From Polyangiaceae bacterium (lineage in GTDB: Bacteria; Myxococcota_A; Polyangia; Polyangiales; Polyangiaceae), in the NCBI GenBank assembly GCA_050287085.1, contig JBNKBE010000004.1, positions 192,288-256,287 on the forward strand: a stretch of 64,000 bases of DNA, given 5' to 3'. Both the position numbers and the translations under genes were made by a program. Shown piece after piece: positions 37,001 to 45,722 of the stretch. Every line of letters starts with the position of its first letter. Within the stretch, counting starts at the first letter, position 1. A model generated the notes under the pieces. The model was not told where the DNA came from. It made no database searches and worked only from the letters and a program-made list of their open reading frames with translations.

Positions 37001-38054
37001 CCCCGCTTCCGGGGCAGTCCATGCGCACGCAGGTCTCGCCGTTGGCGACCGGAGCGCACTCCAGCTCCACACCGTCGGAGAGGAGACAAAGCTCTGTCGG
37101 CTCCCCGGAGAGCGAAGCGCAGACGTCGAATTGCAACCCTTCGCGGTCGGCATCGACGTCGATTGCGCTTGGAATGTAAGGACCGTTGACGTCGAAGGGC
37201 GGCGCGAGCTGGACGCCGGGGGCGACGGAATCGACCCATACAACCTGCTCTTCGGACGCCACGCGAGCCCCGTCAGCTCCGACGCATACGGCGGCCAGAG
37301 TATGCTCCCCCTCTGCTCCCAGCACAGCACCCGGAAAGGTCGCTCTGCCGTCCTGCACCGATACCGCTTGGTCCTCCTTGCCATCTACCCTCAGGAGCAC
37401 GAACTCACCGTCGTCCAGGGATGTTGTGGCCTCCACCACGGTTTGGTAGGGCGCCCCCAAAGCACTGACTCGAGGTCCACCGTTCGCAGCGGAAACGCCG
37501 TTGAGCACCGGCGCAAGCGCTTCCAGCTCACAGGTTGGAAGCGAAATACACGCGACGTCAAACACGAGCCCCACGTGACACTCAGCGCCGGGCTGGTCGA
37601 CTTCGACCCGCGCTTCCGTGAGTCCTAGGGGCAACGTGACGGTCTCGAACTCGACGCTTTCGCCCTGCTCGGAAACGGTTCCGAGCGTCTGCTCTCCGCC
37701 GACGTCGAGAGTGGCGGGGGATTTGGCCCTGGCGCCCGTGATAGGGAGCGACAACGCAAGCTGCACTCCGTTCGAGCAATTGCCATCGGCGTCATCTTCC
37801 GTGCCCACATGGATCAAGATCTCGCTGTCGCTCGCCACGCTGCAGTTGACCGTTGTTTGGTCCGGTCCGGCGTCAGCACCGCCGCTCCCACCCGCGCCCG
37901 GACTGTCGTCGTCGGAAGCGCCGCTACCGCCGCCCTCTGCTGAGCCGCCATCGACACGGACCATCGCGTCGCTATCTGCGGCGGGAGGGGTCTTGTTCGG
38001 CGCATTGCAAGCGACCAACACTAGAGCTACAGACCAAGTCAAAGAACGCTGCAT
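34017..38054 (-). CDS. Large lipoprotein with Ig-like/FnIII-like domains and FG-GAP (integrin-alpha-like) Ca-binding repeats
   Basis: LVAC lipobox, G/S/D linker, Cys pairs, FnIII-like (PGAP..LTFVAP..GYEVYW..YFAVRA.D), DGIPDLMVG, GDVNSDGMTDFAV, GDFNGDGVDDFAF, ADVDGDGYAELVV; purine-rich RBS before ATG 38054. Confidence 0.82.
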   Translation of the reverse strand: MQRSLTWSVALVLVACNAPNKTPPAADSDAMVRVDGGSAEGGGSGASDDDSPGAGGSGGADAGPDQTTVNCSVASDSEILIHVGTEDDADGNCSNGVQLALSLPITGARAKSPATLDVGGEQTLGTVSEQGESVEFETVTLPLGLTEARVEVDQPGAECHVGLVFDVACISLPTCELEALAPVLNGVSAANGGPRVSALGAPYQTVVEATTSLDDGEFVLLRVDGKEDQAVSVQDGRATFPGAVLGAEGEHTLAAVCVGADGARVASEEQVVWVDSVAPGVQLAPPFDVNGPYIPSAIDVDADREGLQFDVCASLSGEPTELCLLSDGVELECAPVANGETCVRMDCPGSGAFGLTLEVRDDAMNRASAGASDVTCASLVPLVRIANLPSAPTGEDPSRRLLAAGMGLGFEDQDGTRLGAQHDVIACSNSSQGTAQLLVGSGATLSPKGDPVALLPASEKDGCGGLGWTARFEQVTLPESPTAAGALQEPTSVQVELTTGAETAQSPVYSFWVDSTRPNLSVSRPVGGLCARTFRQTSDLQTELRLNAGAFPVMAQINDEAELTLDAETTLAGVTEMATVVFPLGVNTFRAWVSEPSGNTSQLPAEGADCTVVVGEPPIVAWTSPSASTLDAASDADATADGWQGTLSVAVTEFDASGGTHQVHFSYDLGQGPIALGDALVVGDAAGGTATLDVTLPEATTLTLRATMDPVDVFVPTAPALSLTVDVGAPGAPAGLAAAIAVRREASVDLTFVAPSESGSALAGYEVYWATAPITSVTLDTATRVAFTGDPKAAEVTTRVGSLPMETDVYFAVRALDLGGNIGALTATTTPVKSEFRVTTLVGEEQVALGSWVDGSADILGGRQTTDGTWLAGDGIPDLMVGSWGGEVRIYQGLPRQAGAADSPLFDTSPTVRLIGAASGLFGERAVSVGDVNSDGMTDFAVTAPYDGPHGQGVIYVWFGRRPTGNNTLVWPSELASTSADVVIQTPGTSTWAGDCPTCTNLGNALVPLGDFNGDGVDDFAFGAYRAGTAPQEGGYAGVLLGAPDLPSYLELPENPNSEPGAHLISIPGTTLDSRFGTGMVGLGPLFGSGGNGLLVAAGNSETLATYSFADATTSEQSTGLLQNALQSFPLQVERNDYGRVTTMLAGGVIVSASPCAQYFYPCSGSSGGFADFFFGPPSDPFSGRLSVRHRGSLDYDFGVSILGSARAQSATLRTFALVGPLSGPQAKDADFAMVDQGVDATHPERGPVLYLFSGQEFKSWVNSGRVFVDVNLPDHGAVVLNVATKAGFDLAAQTWAGTASLTAPVADVDGDGYAELVVSEFGAYDAILNGKSALNYPGRIAILW

Positions 38055-38236
38055 CGACAAACCTCTCTCCAAGCCATCAGCATAACTCTACGGTCGAGTG
38101 GGTGCAGTACATGACACATGTTGGAGGTGACTGGACGAACCACTGGCCGTGTAGGGGGTGTGACGTCTGCGCCGGAGCGATGAAGTGTGCGCGCCAGTGG
38201 CTGGATATGGGCGGCGATCGATGCGATGCTGCGGCG

Positions 38237-38506
38237 GTGAAGTGCTATCAGCTCAGTGCTAGCGCAATTGGTGAGCAGCTGGATTCTGAGGCAATCGTGC
38301 TTCATCTCCCTACGTCTACCTACTATCGTCTCAACCCCGTGGCGGCTTGGGTGTACCAGGCGCTGGTCCGCCCTCGCCATACCGACGACTTGGCCCAAGA
38401 GGTTGCGGCACATTTCGACGCCCAGCTCGAAATTGTGCGGTCCGATATTGAGGAGCTGCTGGTGGCTTTGGAGCGCGCGGGTCTCGTGGAGCGCTGCGAG
38501 CTGTGA
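38237..38506 (+). CDS. PqqD family / RiPP recognition element (RRE, lasso B1-like)
   Basis: 89 aa: EAIVLHLPTSTYYRLNPVAAWVYQAL...DLAQEVAAHFDA..EIVRSDIEELLVALERAGLV. Confidence 0.9.
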   Translation: MKCYQLSASAIGEQLDSEAIVLHLPTSTYYRLNPVAAWVYQALVRPRHTDDLAQEVAAHFDAQLEIVRSDIEELLVALERAGLVERCEL

Positions 38507-38946
38507 TCGCGCCTTCGTGGCGCAATCTGCGGGAGGTGGCCTACTGGTTTGCGGCCCGCCGGTATCTGCGACAGATCGAGCGCCGCTTCGAGGCCGGCGA
38601 AAGCCTCCTCGGGATCTGCCACGCCTTCGGGATCCGCCCCCCGGGTGCGCCCGCGGGAGGAGGCCGCGTTGCTCTCGCCCGCCTGCGAGCTGTCGAACGC
38701 ACTGTGCAGCGGATAGAGCGCCGCCAGGTGCTCGGCTGCTACAAGCGCTCGCTGCTTGGTGGGGCCTTGTTGCGAGACATGCAGCCGGCACTCCGACTCG
38801 GTGTTTCCTCGTCCGCTTCGCCGATAGCCCATGCTTGGTTGGTGGTAGCGGATCAAGAGCTATTTCGCGGTTCAACACCGTTTACCCCACTGCAGCCAGT
38901 ACGAGACATTTCTTCGAGCCAACACGGAGCGTTGCGCAAAGAATGA
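38503..38946 (+). CDS. Lasso peptide B2-like transglutaminase-fold cysteine peptidase
   Basis: CYKRSL, LRLGV, AHAWL; GTGA overlap with the RRE gene. Confidence 0.82.
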   Translation: MIAPSWRNLREVAYWFAARRYLRQIERRFEAGESLLGICHAFGIRPPGAPAGGGRVALARLRAVERTVQRIERRQVLGCYKRSLLGGALLRDMQPALRLGVSSSASPIAHAWLVVADQELFRGSTPFTPLQPVRDISSSQHGALRKE

Positions 38947-39893
38947 GCCGCGAGAGTCGTCCACCGGAGCCGGCGCCCCGCAGCTATCGCCTGCATGGAC
39001 TGACGGTGTCGTCCACACTATCGCTCCCTGCGCGCTCCACTTCAGCGTCTCATGCCGACGTACGCCTGGAGCTCGTAGCTGAGCTCCCTCTCCGGCCGCG
39101 GCGAGCAGAGCGCATCGTCGACCAAGGGGCTCTGGGGATGGTGGCCTATCGAGATGTCTCAAGCGGACAGGTCTGGAGCGAATTTGGCGCTGCCGCACGC
39201 TACGTCTGGGGGCCTCTGCCGACTCGGTGCCGAGTGGCGTTGAGTCCGTCGCTCGCTCGCCAAACGGCGGAGCTGCTGCTGAGTAGCTCCGTGCTTTCGC
39301 TGATTCAGGCTCTCCGAGGAAAGTTGGTTCTGCACGCGAGCGCCGTGGCTATGGGGTCGCGACTCGTGGCCTTTGCGGGGCCAAGCGGTAGTGGCAAGAC
39401 CACGTTTGCCGCGCTTCTGTGTCGGCTCGGAGGAACGCTCGTGACCGACGATGCCCTAGTTCTGGAGCCGTCCGGAAGCGGTTGGTGCGCCGCGCCGGGA
39501 ACCACGCAGCTGCGTTTGCGCGAGGGCAGCTCGCTTCATGCTCAAGGCGCCCAGCTGACCCGTTCCGTAGATGGTCGGCTGTGCTGGGTTCCGGAGTTGG
39601 CTCCTGCTCAGCCGACCGCGCTGACAGACATTGTCCTGCTCCGGCCCGAACAGAATGGGGGCCTACGCCTTTCCACGCTCACCCCCCAAGAGGCCTTTGT
39701 CCCTGTGCTTCGAGCGCTGCGCACCCACGGCTTCACCGGCGTATTCGAGCAGAAGCAGCAGTTCGAACAGGTGGCGGCGCTGGCCCGAACCCGCGATCTC
39801 CATCAGCTGCAGTACTGTCCAACCCAGCTTGGACTCGGCGCGGCAACCATCCTGCTTCGAGCACTGGCGATCGACTTCGAGTCGCGGCCCTAG
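38943..39893 (+). CDS. HPr kinase-like kinase (lasso-peptide-kinase/HprK-related)
   Basis: YRLHGL, LHASAV, GPSGSGKTT (P-loop), LVTDDAL; ATGA overlap with B2. Confidence 0.87.
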   Translation: MSRESRPPEPAPRSYRLHGLTVSSTLSLPARSTSASHADVRLELVAELPLRPRRAERIVDQGALGMVAYRDVSSGQVWSEFGAAARYVWGPLPTRCRVALSPSLARQTAELLLSSSVLSLIQALRGKLVLHASAVAMGSRLVAFAGPSGSGKTTFAALLCRLGGTLVTDDALVLEPSGSGWCAAPGTTQLRLREGSSLHAQGAQLTRSVDGRLCWVPELAPAQPTALTDIVLLRPEQNGGLRLSTLTPQEAFVPVLRALRTHGFTGVFEQKQQFEQVAALARTRDLHQLQYCPTQLGLGAATILLRALAIDFESRP

Positions 39894-39929
39894 GCCGGTG
39901 CCCACGGCCTCGAACGAGACCCATCCGAA

Positions 39930-39975
39930 CAAGACACAAACGCGAACCCTTTCGAGCTCGCGTGTGCGTGTTTTT
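39930..39975 (-). terminator. Intrinsic terminator of rpsB-tsf (possibly bidirectional)
   Basis: Minus strand cgcgagctc-GAAA-gggttcgcg followed by a T-rich tail; plus strand also ends in gtgtttttg. Confidence 0.65.
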
Positions 39976-39988
39976 GCGGAATGTGGGT

Positions 39989-40900
39989 CTAGCCCTGCGC
40001 CATGCGCTGTGCTTCTTCCGCGAAGTTATCTTCCTTCTTCTCGATCCCCTCGCCACGCTCGAAGCGCGCAAAGGACGTGATGGCAACGTCGCAGCCGAGC
40101 TCCTTTGCGAGGGCGTCTTGAACCTGCTTGATGGTCTTGTCAGCGTCCAGAACGCTCTGCTGCTCGAGCAAGCAGATCTCTTTCATCCATTTCTGGAGCT
40201 TGCCTTCGACGATCTTTCCGCGCACCGCTTCGGGCTTGCCTTCTTCCGCCAGCTGGGCGTCGTAGATGGCACTCTGCTGTTCCTTGTCGCTCGCCGAAAC
40301 GTCGGCTGGCGCCAGGTAGCGAGGTGCCATAGCCGCGATCTGCATGGCTGTGTCGTCAGCGAATCCCTTCAGGCCGCTGGCTTCGCTCGGACTCTCCACC
40401 GCCAGCAGTGCACCCACTTTGCCACCCATGTGGATGTAGCTATGGACGAGACCGCTTGTCACGCTCACGCGGGCCCAGCGACGGACTGTGATATTCTCGC
40501 CCAGCTTGCCTACGAGTGCGGCGCGAGTTTCTTCCACTGTTCCGGTTGCCCCGGGGAAAGGCTCGGCACCCAACTCTGCACCTTCGGGCGCTTTGGTCGC
40601 TGCGGCTACAACGCCTTCGACGAACTTCAGGAAATCCGGATTGCGCGCAGCAAAGTCAGTCTGGATGTTGACTTCGACGATGACCCCGGCTTTGCCCGAC
40701 TCATCCACCTGAGCGGCGACGACGCCTTCAGCCGCGACTGCTCCGGCGCGCTTGGCGCTCTTCGCCAACCCTTTCTTCAGGATCAGCTCAACCGCCTTTT
40801 CCATATCGCCTTCCGCCTCGTTGAGAGCGGACTTGCAGTCGTTGAGTCCTGCCTGCGTTCGGTCGCGCAGCTCCTTTACCTGCTGCATCGTTACTGCCAT
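39989..40900 (-). CDS. tsf: Translation elongation factor Ts
   Basis: VKELRDRTQAGLNDCKSAL, AAEG, EVNIQTDFAA, GENI, AMQIAA, RFERGEG. Confidence 0.97.
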   Translation of the reverse strand: MAVTMQQVKELRDRTQAGLNDCKSALNEAEGDMEKAVELILKKGLAKSAKRAGAVAAEGVVAAQVDESGKAGVIVEVNIQTDFAARNPDFLKFVEGVVAAATKAPEGAELGAEPFPGATGTVEETRAALVGKLGENITVRRWARVSVTSGLVHSYIHMGGKVGALLAVESPSEASGLKGFADDTAMQIAAMAPRYLAPADVSASDKEQQSAIYDAQLAEEGKPEAVRGKIVEGKLQKWMKEICLLEQQSVLDADKTIKQVQDALAKELGCDVAITSFARFERGEGIEKKEDNFAEEAQRMAQG

Positions 40901-41029
40901 GATACTTGCCTCTCTTGATCGGTATGCGCGCAGCCTCAACTGAGGTGCTTTTCTTAGTCTGGAGGCTCTGCGGCCACCACCGGAGCGGCGCTGCAGAGCC
41001 CTAAAGGCCTTGGGGGCTCGTGGTCGCGA

Positions 41030-41848
41030 CTAGCGGCGGTAAACAACCGTTTCCGACTGAAAGCCCTTGTCGCCTTGCTGCCCACCACCCTGGTCACGCC
41101 GCCGTGAGGCGCCGTACAAGCAAGCGTCGGCGATCGCGCCCGCAATCAGGCGGATGGAGCGGATGGCGTCATCGTTGCCCGGGATCGGGTACGAGATAGC
41201 GCTGGGATCGCAGTTCGAGTCGGTGATCGCAACGATGGGAATGTTGAGCTTGGTCGCCTCAGCGATCGCGATGCCCTCTTGCGTGGGATCGATGATGAAG
41301 ATCGCAGACGGTAGTGAGCTCATGCCCTTCAAGCCGCCGATGTACTTCTCGAAACGAGCGCGCTCTTTCTCGAGCTGCGAGATCTCCTTCTTGGAGATAC
41401 TCTCGTAGGTTCCGTCCTCCGCCATACGCTCCAAGGTGCGCAAGCGCTCGAGGCCACCCTTGATGGTGCGGAAGTTGGTGAGAGTACCGCCGAGCCAGCG
41501 GTTGATCACGTAGTACTGACCCGCGCGAGCCGCCTCATCGCGAACGATGTCCTGGGCCTGACGCTTGGTCCCCACAAACAGGATGTGACCACCGCGGGCC
41601 ACGCTGTCCATGATGAAGGAAAACGCCGTCCGGAAGAGCGAAACGGTCTGATCGAGGTCGATGATGTGAACCCCATTACGAGCCCCGTAGAGGTAGGGGC
41701 GCATCTTGGGATTCCAACGACGCGTTTGATGCCCGAAGTGAACTCCCGCCTCGAATAGATCTCGGACGGTGACGGGCTCATCGGGGTTGCAGAGAGGGCG
41801 AGCAGGGTCGTGTGCCTCAGCAGGCACTTGATTTTCGATTTCAGACAT
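41030..41848 (-). CDS. rpsB: 30S ribosomal protein S2
   Basis: [54 protein letters not shown]. Confidence 0.98.
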   Translation of the reverse strand: MSEIENQVPAEAHDPARPLCNPDEPVTVRDLFEAGVHFGHQTRRWNPKMRPYLYGARNGVHIIDLDQTVSLFRTAFSFIMDSVARGGHILFVGTKRQAQDIVRDEAARAGQYYVINRWLGGTLTNFRTIKGGLERLRTLERMAEDGTYESISKKEISQLEKERARFEKYIGGLKGMSSLPSAIFIIDPTQEGIAIAEATKLNIPIVAITDSNCDPSAISYPIPGNDDAIRSIRLIAGAIADACLYGASRRRDQGGGQQGDKGFQSETVVYRR

Positions 41849-42044
41849 GCGCTGACTCCTTTCGGTTGTGCAATCGCCCCGCAGTTTCACCAACTCCGAC
41901 AAAGGCCGGAGCACCGGGATGAAAACTACGCGCGCGGGACGTGAGTTTCAGGGCGGCGACTTCTACGGCATCAGGGGCTCTTCGTAAAGCAAGCGCTCAG
42001 ATGTGTCCGGCTCAGGAGCCAAGGGCGCTCGGATTGCCACGTCC

Positions 42045-43778
42045 CTAGAGTCCCGAACCGGGCATCTTACGTCCGCCTATGACGCGCGGTGGGTCGGGCG
42101 CGGGTGCTGGCGTCTCTGCGTGGGGGCGTTTGCGAGCGGCCGGAGCAGGTGGCGTGGCCTGCGGGGAGCGCGCGACGGAGCTTGGTGCGCTGCTAGCGGG
42201 CTGCGGCGGGGCCGCACTGACGGACGCCCTCTCGTGCCGTTCGGGGGGAGGCGCGTGCGGCGCGCTTGGGCCGGCTGCGGAGGGCGGAGCTTCTCCGGAG
42301 GGCGGTGCTTCTGCGGAGGGCGGTGCTTCTGCCAACCCGCTCGCCACTGGGGGCGGCGCTGGTGGTGGTACGGCAACCGGCGGGCGAGAGCCCGAAGCGA
42401 TCGCCGAGTCGGCTTCGGCCGAGGCCTCCAGCGCGTGCTCCGAGGCGACCGGTGCTGACGACGAGACGCCTTGGAGCTGGGAGTCGGTGGTCTGCATTTG
42501 ACGCGTGAAGAACCAGAGCGCGATAGCACCCGCACCGGCGGCGGAGCCGCCTAGGGCGGCCACCACGAAACGCCGCCAACCGTGCGGGCGAAAAGTCGCG
42601 GCCCAGGGTAGCCACTCGGGATTCGTAGACACCGGGGGGGGCGTTGCGTGGGCTGTTCCTCGCCGGAGTTCGACCGCGACTGGAGACGGACTATGGCTCG
42701 AGAGCGCCGCATCATCCGACGCGACCCCGCCCTCATCCGCAGCGGGGGCTGCGGCCACGAGCAACGGCGAAGGATCGGAGCGCGCTGCAGTTTCTTCTTC
42801 GCGATCTACGTCCGGCTCCACTTCGAACAGCACTCGGTCGTTGAGGGCCGCCAGGTCGGGCCCTGGATCCTCCAACCCGAGTCGCTGCTCCCCCACCCCG
42901 GGCGCACCGGACGGGCGTGGGTGGCGGGCTCGCCAGAAATTTCGAAGCAGGTTCCCCACTCGCTCGGCTCCCGCGGGTCGATGGTCTGGCTCCTTCGAGA
43001 GCAGTTGAGCGACCAACTCTTCGATCGGGGCGGGCACGCCGGGCAGCAGCGTCGACAAGCGCGGCGGTCGTTTCGTGAGGTGGGCGATGAAGATCTCGTT
43101 CGAGTCGGCACCCTCAAAGGGGCTCTGACCGGTGAGCATTTCAAAGAGCACCAGTCCGAGGGCGTAGAGATCGGCCCGACCGTCGATGGGCTTGCCCTGG
43201 GCCTGCTCCGGCGACATGTAGCGAGGGGTGCCAATTGCGACGCCCTGCCCCGTCAGGTGCTGGGGGCGCTCACTCAGGAACTTCGCGATTCCAAAGTCGA
43301 GCAGTTTGGTGGGGCCACCACGCACCACGAAGATGTTGGGAGGCTTGACGTCGCGATGCACGACGCCGTTCTTGTGTGCCTCAGCGAGCCCGTCGGCCAC
43401 ATCCGCGGCGATACGCACTGCGTGCTCCAGGGGTAGACGCCCGAGTCGTCGCAACACGGTCCCCAGGTGCTCGCCGTAGAGGCGCTCCATGACGAAGTAC
43501 GGGACTCCGCGGCGCGTGAGGCCTGCGTCCGTGACCGAGACGATGTTCCGGTGGTGTAGCTGTCCCAGAGACCGCCACTCGTTTCGCAGTCGCGTTGCAA
43601 GGTCTTCGCGCGAGGAGAGCTCCTCCAGCAGGGCTTTGAGCACGAAGTGTTTGCCGAGCTCGATATGCTCGACCTCGTAAACAGAGCCCATGCCGCCCCG
43701 TCCAATCAGGGATACGACGCGATACGTCGTCCCTGGGACTGGCTGACCAGGCTGAAACTCGTCACCTGTTTCCACCAT
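42045..43778 (-). CDS. Hanks-type Ser/Thr protein kinase with TM and Pro-rich C-terminus
   Basis: IGRGGMGSVY, VLK, HRDVKPPN, LLDFG, GTPRYMSPE, DLYALG; TM near residue 405-425. Confidence 0.95.
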   Translation of the reverse strand: MVETGDEFQPGQPVPGTTYRVVSLIGRGGMGSVYEVEHIELGKHFVLKALLEELSSREDLATRLRNEWRSLGQLHHRNIVSVTDAGLTRRGVPYFVMERLYGEHLGTVLRRLGRLPLEHAVRIAADVADGLAEAHKNGVVHRDVKPPNIFVVRGGPTKLLDFGIAKFLSERPQHLTGQGVAIGTPRYMSPEQAQGKPIDGRADLYALGLVLFEMLTGQSPFEGADSNEIFIAHLTKRPPRLSTLLPGVPAPIEELVAQLLSKEPDHRPAGAERVGNLLRNFWRARHPRPSGAPGVGEQRLGLEDPGPDLAALNDRVLFEVEPDVDREEETAARSDPSPLLVAAAPAADEGGVASDDAALSSHSPSPVAVELRRGTAHATPPPVSTNPEWLPWAATFRPHGWRRFVVAALGGSAAGAGAIALWFFTRQMQTTDSQLQGVSSSAPVASEHALEASAEADSAIASGSRPPVAVPPPAPPPVASGLAEAPPSAEAPPSGEAPPSAAGPSAPHAPPPERHERASVSAAPPQPASSAPSSVARSPQATPPAPAARKRPHAETPAPAPDPPRVIGGRKMPGSGL

Positions 43779-43923
43779 TGGCGCGTAGGAAGAGAGCAGC
43801 TGTTAGCACACACTTCGGCCGGGCGGAACGGCCAAACCCCAAGTCGGCCCACTTAAGCAAGAGCCGGAGACGGGACCGCGTTCCCCTTCCCGGGCCCCAC
43901 GATTTGCAATATGAGGCAAAGCG

Positions 43924-44214
43924 ATGCCCCTCTCACGAAAGCAAGTCGAGCACGTGGCGACGCTGGCGCGCTTGCGCCTGACCCCGGAGGAGACGGACTC
44001 ACTCACGCGTGAGCTCGGTGCCATTCTCAGTCACGTCGATCAGCTTGCAGCTCTGAATACGGAGAACGTCCAGCCGACCGAGTTTCTTGCTGTCCCTCAC
44101 CTCCCCTTGCGCCACGATGAGGCCACCCCGGGCGTGACCCACGAGGCCGCTCTGGCCCCGGCTCCCAGCGTGCTGAGCGAGGGCTTCCGCGTCCCGGCGT
44201 TCGTGGACGATTGA
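43924..44214 (+). CDS. gatC: Asp/Glu-tRNA amidotransferase subunit C
   Basis: VEHVATLARL, IL.HVDQL, LRHD, APS..EGFRVP. Confidence 0.92.
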   Translation: MPLSRKQVEHVATLARLRLTPEETDSLTRELGAILSHVDQLAALNTENVQPTEFLAVPHLPLRHDEATPGVTHEAALAPAPSVLSEGFRVPAFVDD

Positions 44215-44231
44215 ACGCGGCCTGGAGATCC

Positions 44232-45722
44232 ATGACCTGCTTCTTATCCGTATCCGAACTCACGCGCGCCCTGACGGCAGGCGAGCTCACCGCTGAGACC
44301 GTCGTCGGCGACGCGTTGGCCCAGGCTGAGAAATCAAAGTCCCTCAATGCCTGGCTCTGCCTCAATGACAAAGCGCTGGACGAAGCGCGAGCCGTTGATG
44401 CGGCCCGCGGGCGAGGCGAGGCATTGGGCCCGCTTGCCGGGATCCCGGTGTTGGTCAAAGACGCCATCTGCACTCGGGGTATGCCCACTACGGCTGCGTC
44501 CAAGATCCTCACGCGCGACGGCCACTCGTACGCGACTGGCTGGGTTCCCGACTACGACGCAACCGTGATCGAGCGCTTGCGCCGCGCGGGTGCCGTCCTT
44601 CTTGGCAAGGCCAATATGGACGAATTTGCCATGGGTTCGTCGACGGAGAATTCCGCATTTGGAGATGCCAAGAATCCATGGGCCCCAGACCGTACCCCAG
44701 GGGGGTCTTCCGGCGGCAGTGCTGCTGCGGTTGCGGCGGGCATGGCGCCGCTCTCCTTGGGAAGCGATACGGGGGGGTCGATCCGTCAGCCTGCGGCGCT
44801 GTCGGGGGTTGTTGGGGTCAAGCCGTCCTATGGGCGGGTATCGCGCTACGGGCTCATCGCTTTCGGTTCGAGTTTAGACCAGATCGGCCCGTTCAGCCGT
44901 GACGTGCAGGGGGCGGCGTTGGCTCTTGAAGTCATTGCTGGCGCCTGTGACCGTGACTCCACCTGTTCACCAGCTCCCATCGGAGCTTATGCCGCCGCCT
45001 GCAAGAAGGACGTGGCGGGGCTACGCATTGGCATTCCGGAAGAGTACTTTGGGGACGGCTTGAGCGACGAGGTGCGAGCTGGTGTCGAAGCTGTGATCGA
45101 CGCCCTCAAGAGCCAAGGTGCCACGACCAAAGCGGTTCGAATGCCCCACACGCACTACGGTGTTTCGACCTACTACCTGCTGGCAACGGCCGAAGCGTCG
45201 AGCAATTTGTCTCGCTTTGATGGCGTTCGCTACGGTCTGAGAGAAGAGCTGCGAGGGGATGGTCTCGCCGAGCTCTATGCCCGTTCGCGCGAGGCGGGGT
45301 TTGGGCCGGAGGTTAAGCGCCGCATCATGCTGGGGACCTACGCACTCAGTTCCGGGTACTACGACGCCTATTACAAGAAGGCGCAGAAGGTCCGCACCCT
45401 GATACGTGAAGACTTCGATGCGGCCTTTGCCGAAGTCGACGCATTGATCACTCCGAGCACGCCCACGGTGGCCTTCAAACTCGGCGAAAAGAGCGATCCC
45501 TTGCAGATGTACTTGGCGGACGTCTACACCCTGCCGGCAAGTCTCGCGGGCATCGCCGGGATCTCGCTCCCGGCGGGTTTCAGCACGCCCCAGGATGGCG
45601 CGCCGGCGTTGCCGATAGGCGTGCAAATCCTGACGCCCGCCTTTGCGGAGGAGCGCATGTTCCAGCTCGCAGCCGCGTGGGAGCGCCAGAACCCGACGGC
45701 CCATGCGACTCCCGCGTTCTGA
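44232..45722 (+). CDS. gatA: Asp/Glu-tRNA amidotransferase subunit A
   Basis: VKD, GKANMDEFAMGSSTENS, PGGSSGGSAA, GSDTGGSIRQPA, SSNLSRFDG.RYG, EVKRRIMLGTY. Confidence 0.97.
   Translation: MTCFLSVSELTRALTAGELTAETVVGDALAQAEKSKSLNAWLCLNDKALDEARAVDAARGRGEALGPLAGIPVLVKDAICTRGMPTTAASKILTRDGHSYATGWVPDYDATVIERLRRAGAVLLGKANMDEFAMGSSTENSAFGDAKNPWAPDRTPGGSSGGSAAAVAAGMAPLSLGSDTGGSIRQPAALSGVVGVKPSYGRVSRYGLIAFGSSLDQIGPFSRDVQGAALALEVIAGACDRDSTCSPAPIGAYAAACKKDVAGLRIGIPEEYFGDGLSDEVRAGVEAVIDALKSQGATTKAVRMPHTHYGVSTYYLLATAEASSNLSRFDGVRYGLREELRGDGLAELYARSREAGFGPEVKRRIMLGTYALSSGYYDAYYKKAQKVRTLIREDFDAAFAEVDALITPSTPTVAFKLGEKSDPLQMYLADVYTLPASLAGIAGISLPAGFSTPQDGAPALPIGVQILTPAFAEERMFQLAAAWERQNPTAHATPAF

Noticed and set aside
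38118..38183. 21-aa ORF MLEVTGRTTGRVGGVTSAPER as the lasso precursor
   Set aside because: No YxxP/L leader motif, leader too short, and the acidic residue falls at position 11 of the putative core rather than 7-9
38256..38942. 545-aa track ORF as a long kinase
   Set aside because: Its first 229 codons overlap the RRE and B2 genes in other frames; the real start is ATG 38943 with an ATGA overlap
39419..40918. 499-aa plus-strand ORF
   Set aside because: Antisense shadow of tsf, common in high-GC DNA
41849..42044. rpsB leader regulatory RNA
   Set aside because: Expected from other bacteria, but I could not identify a supporting structure by eye
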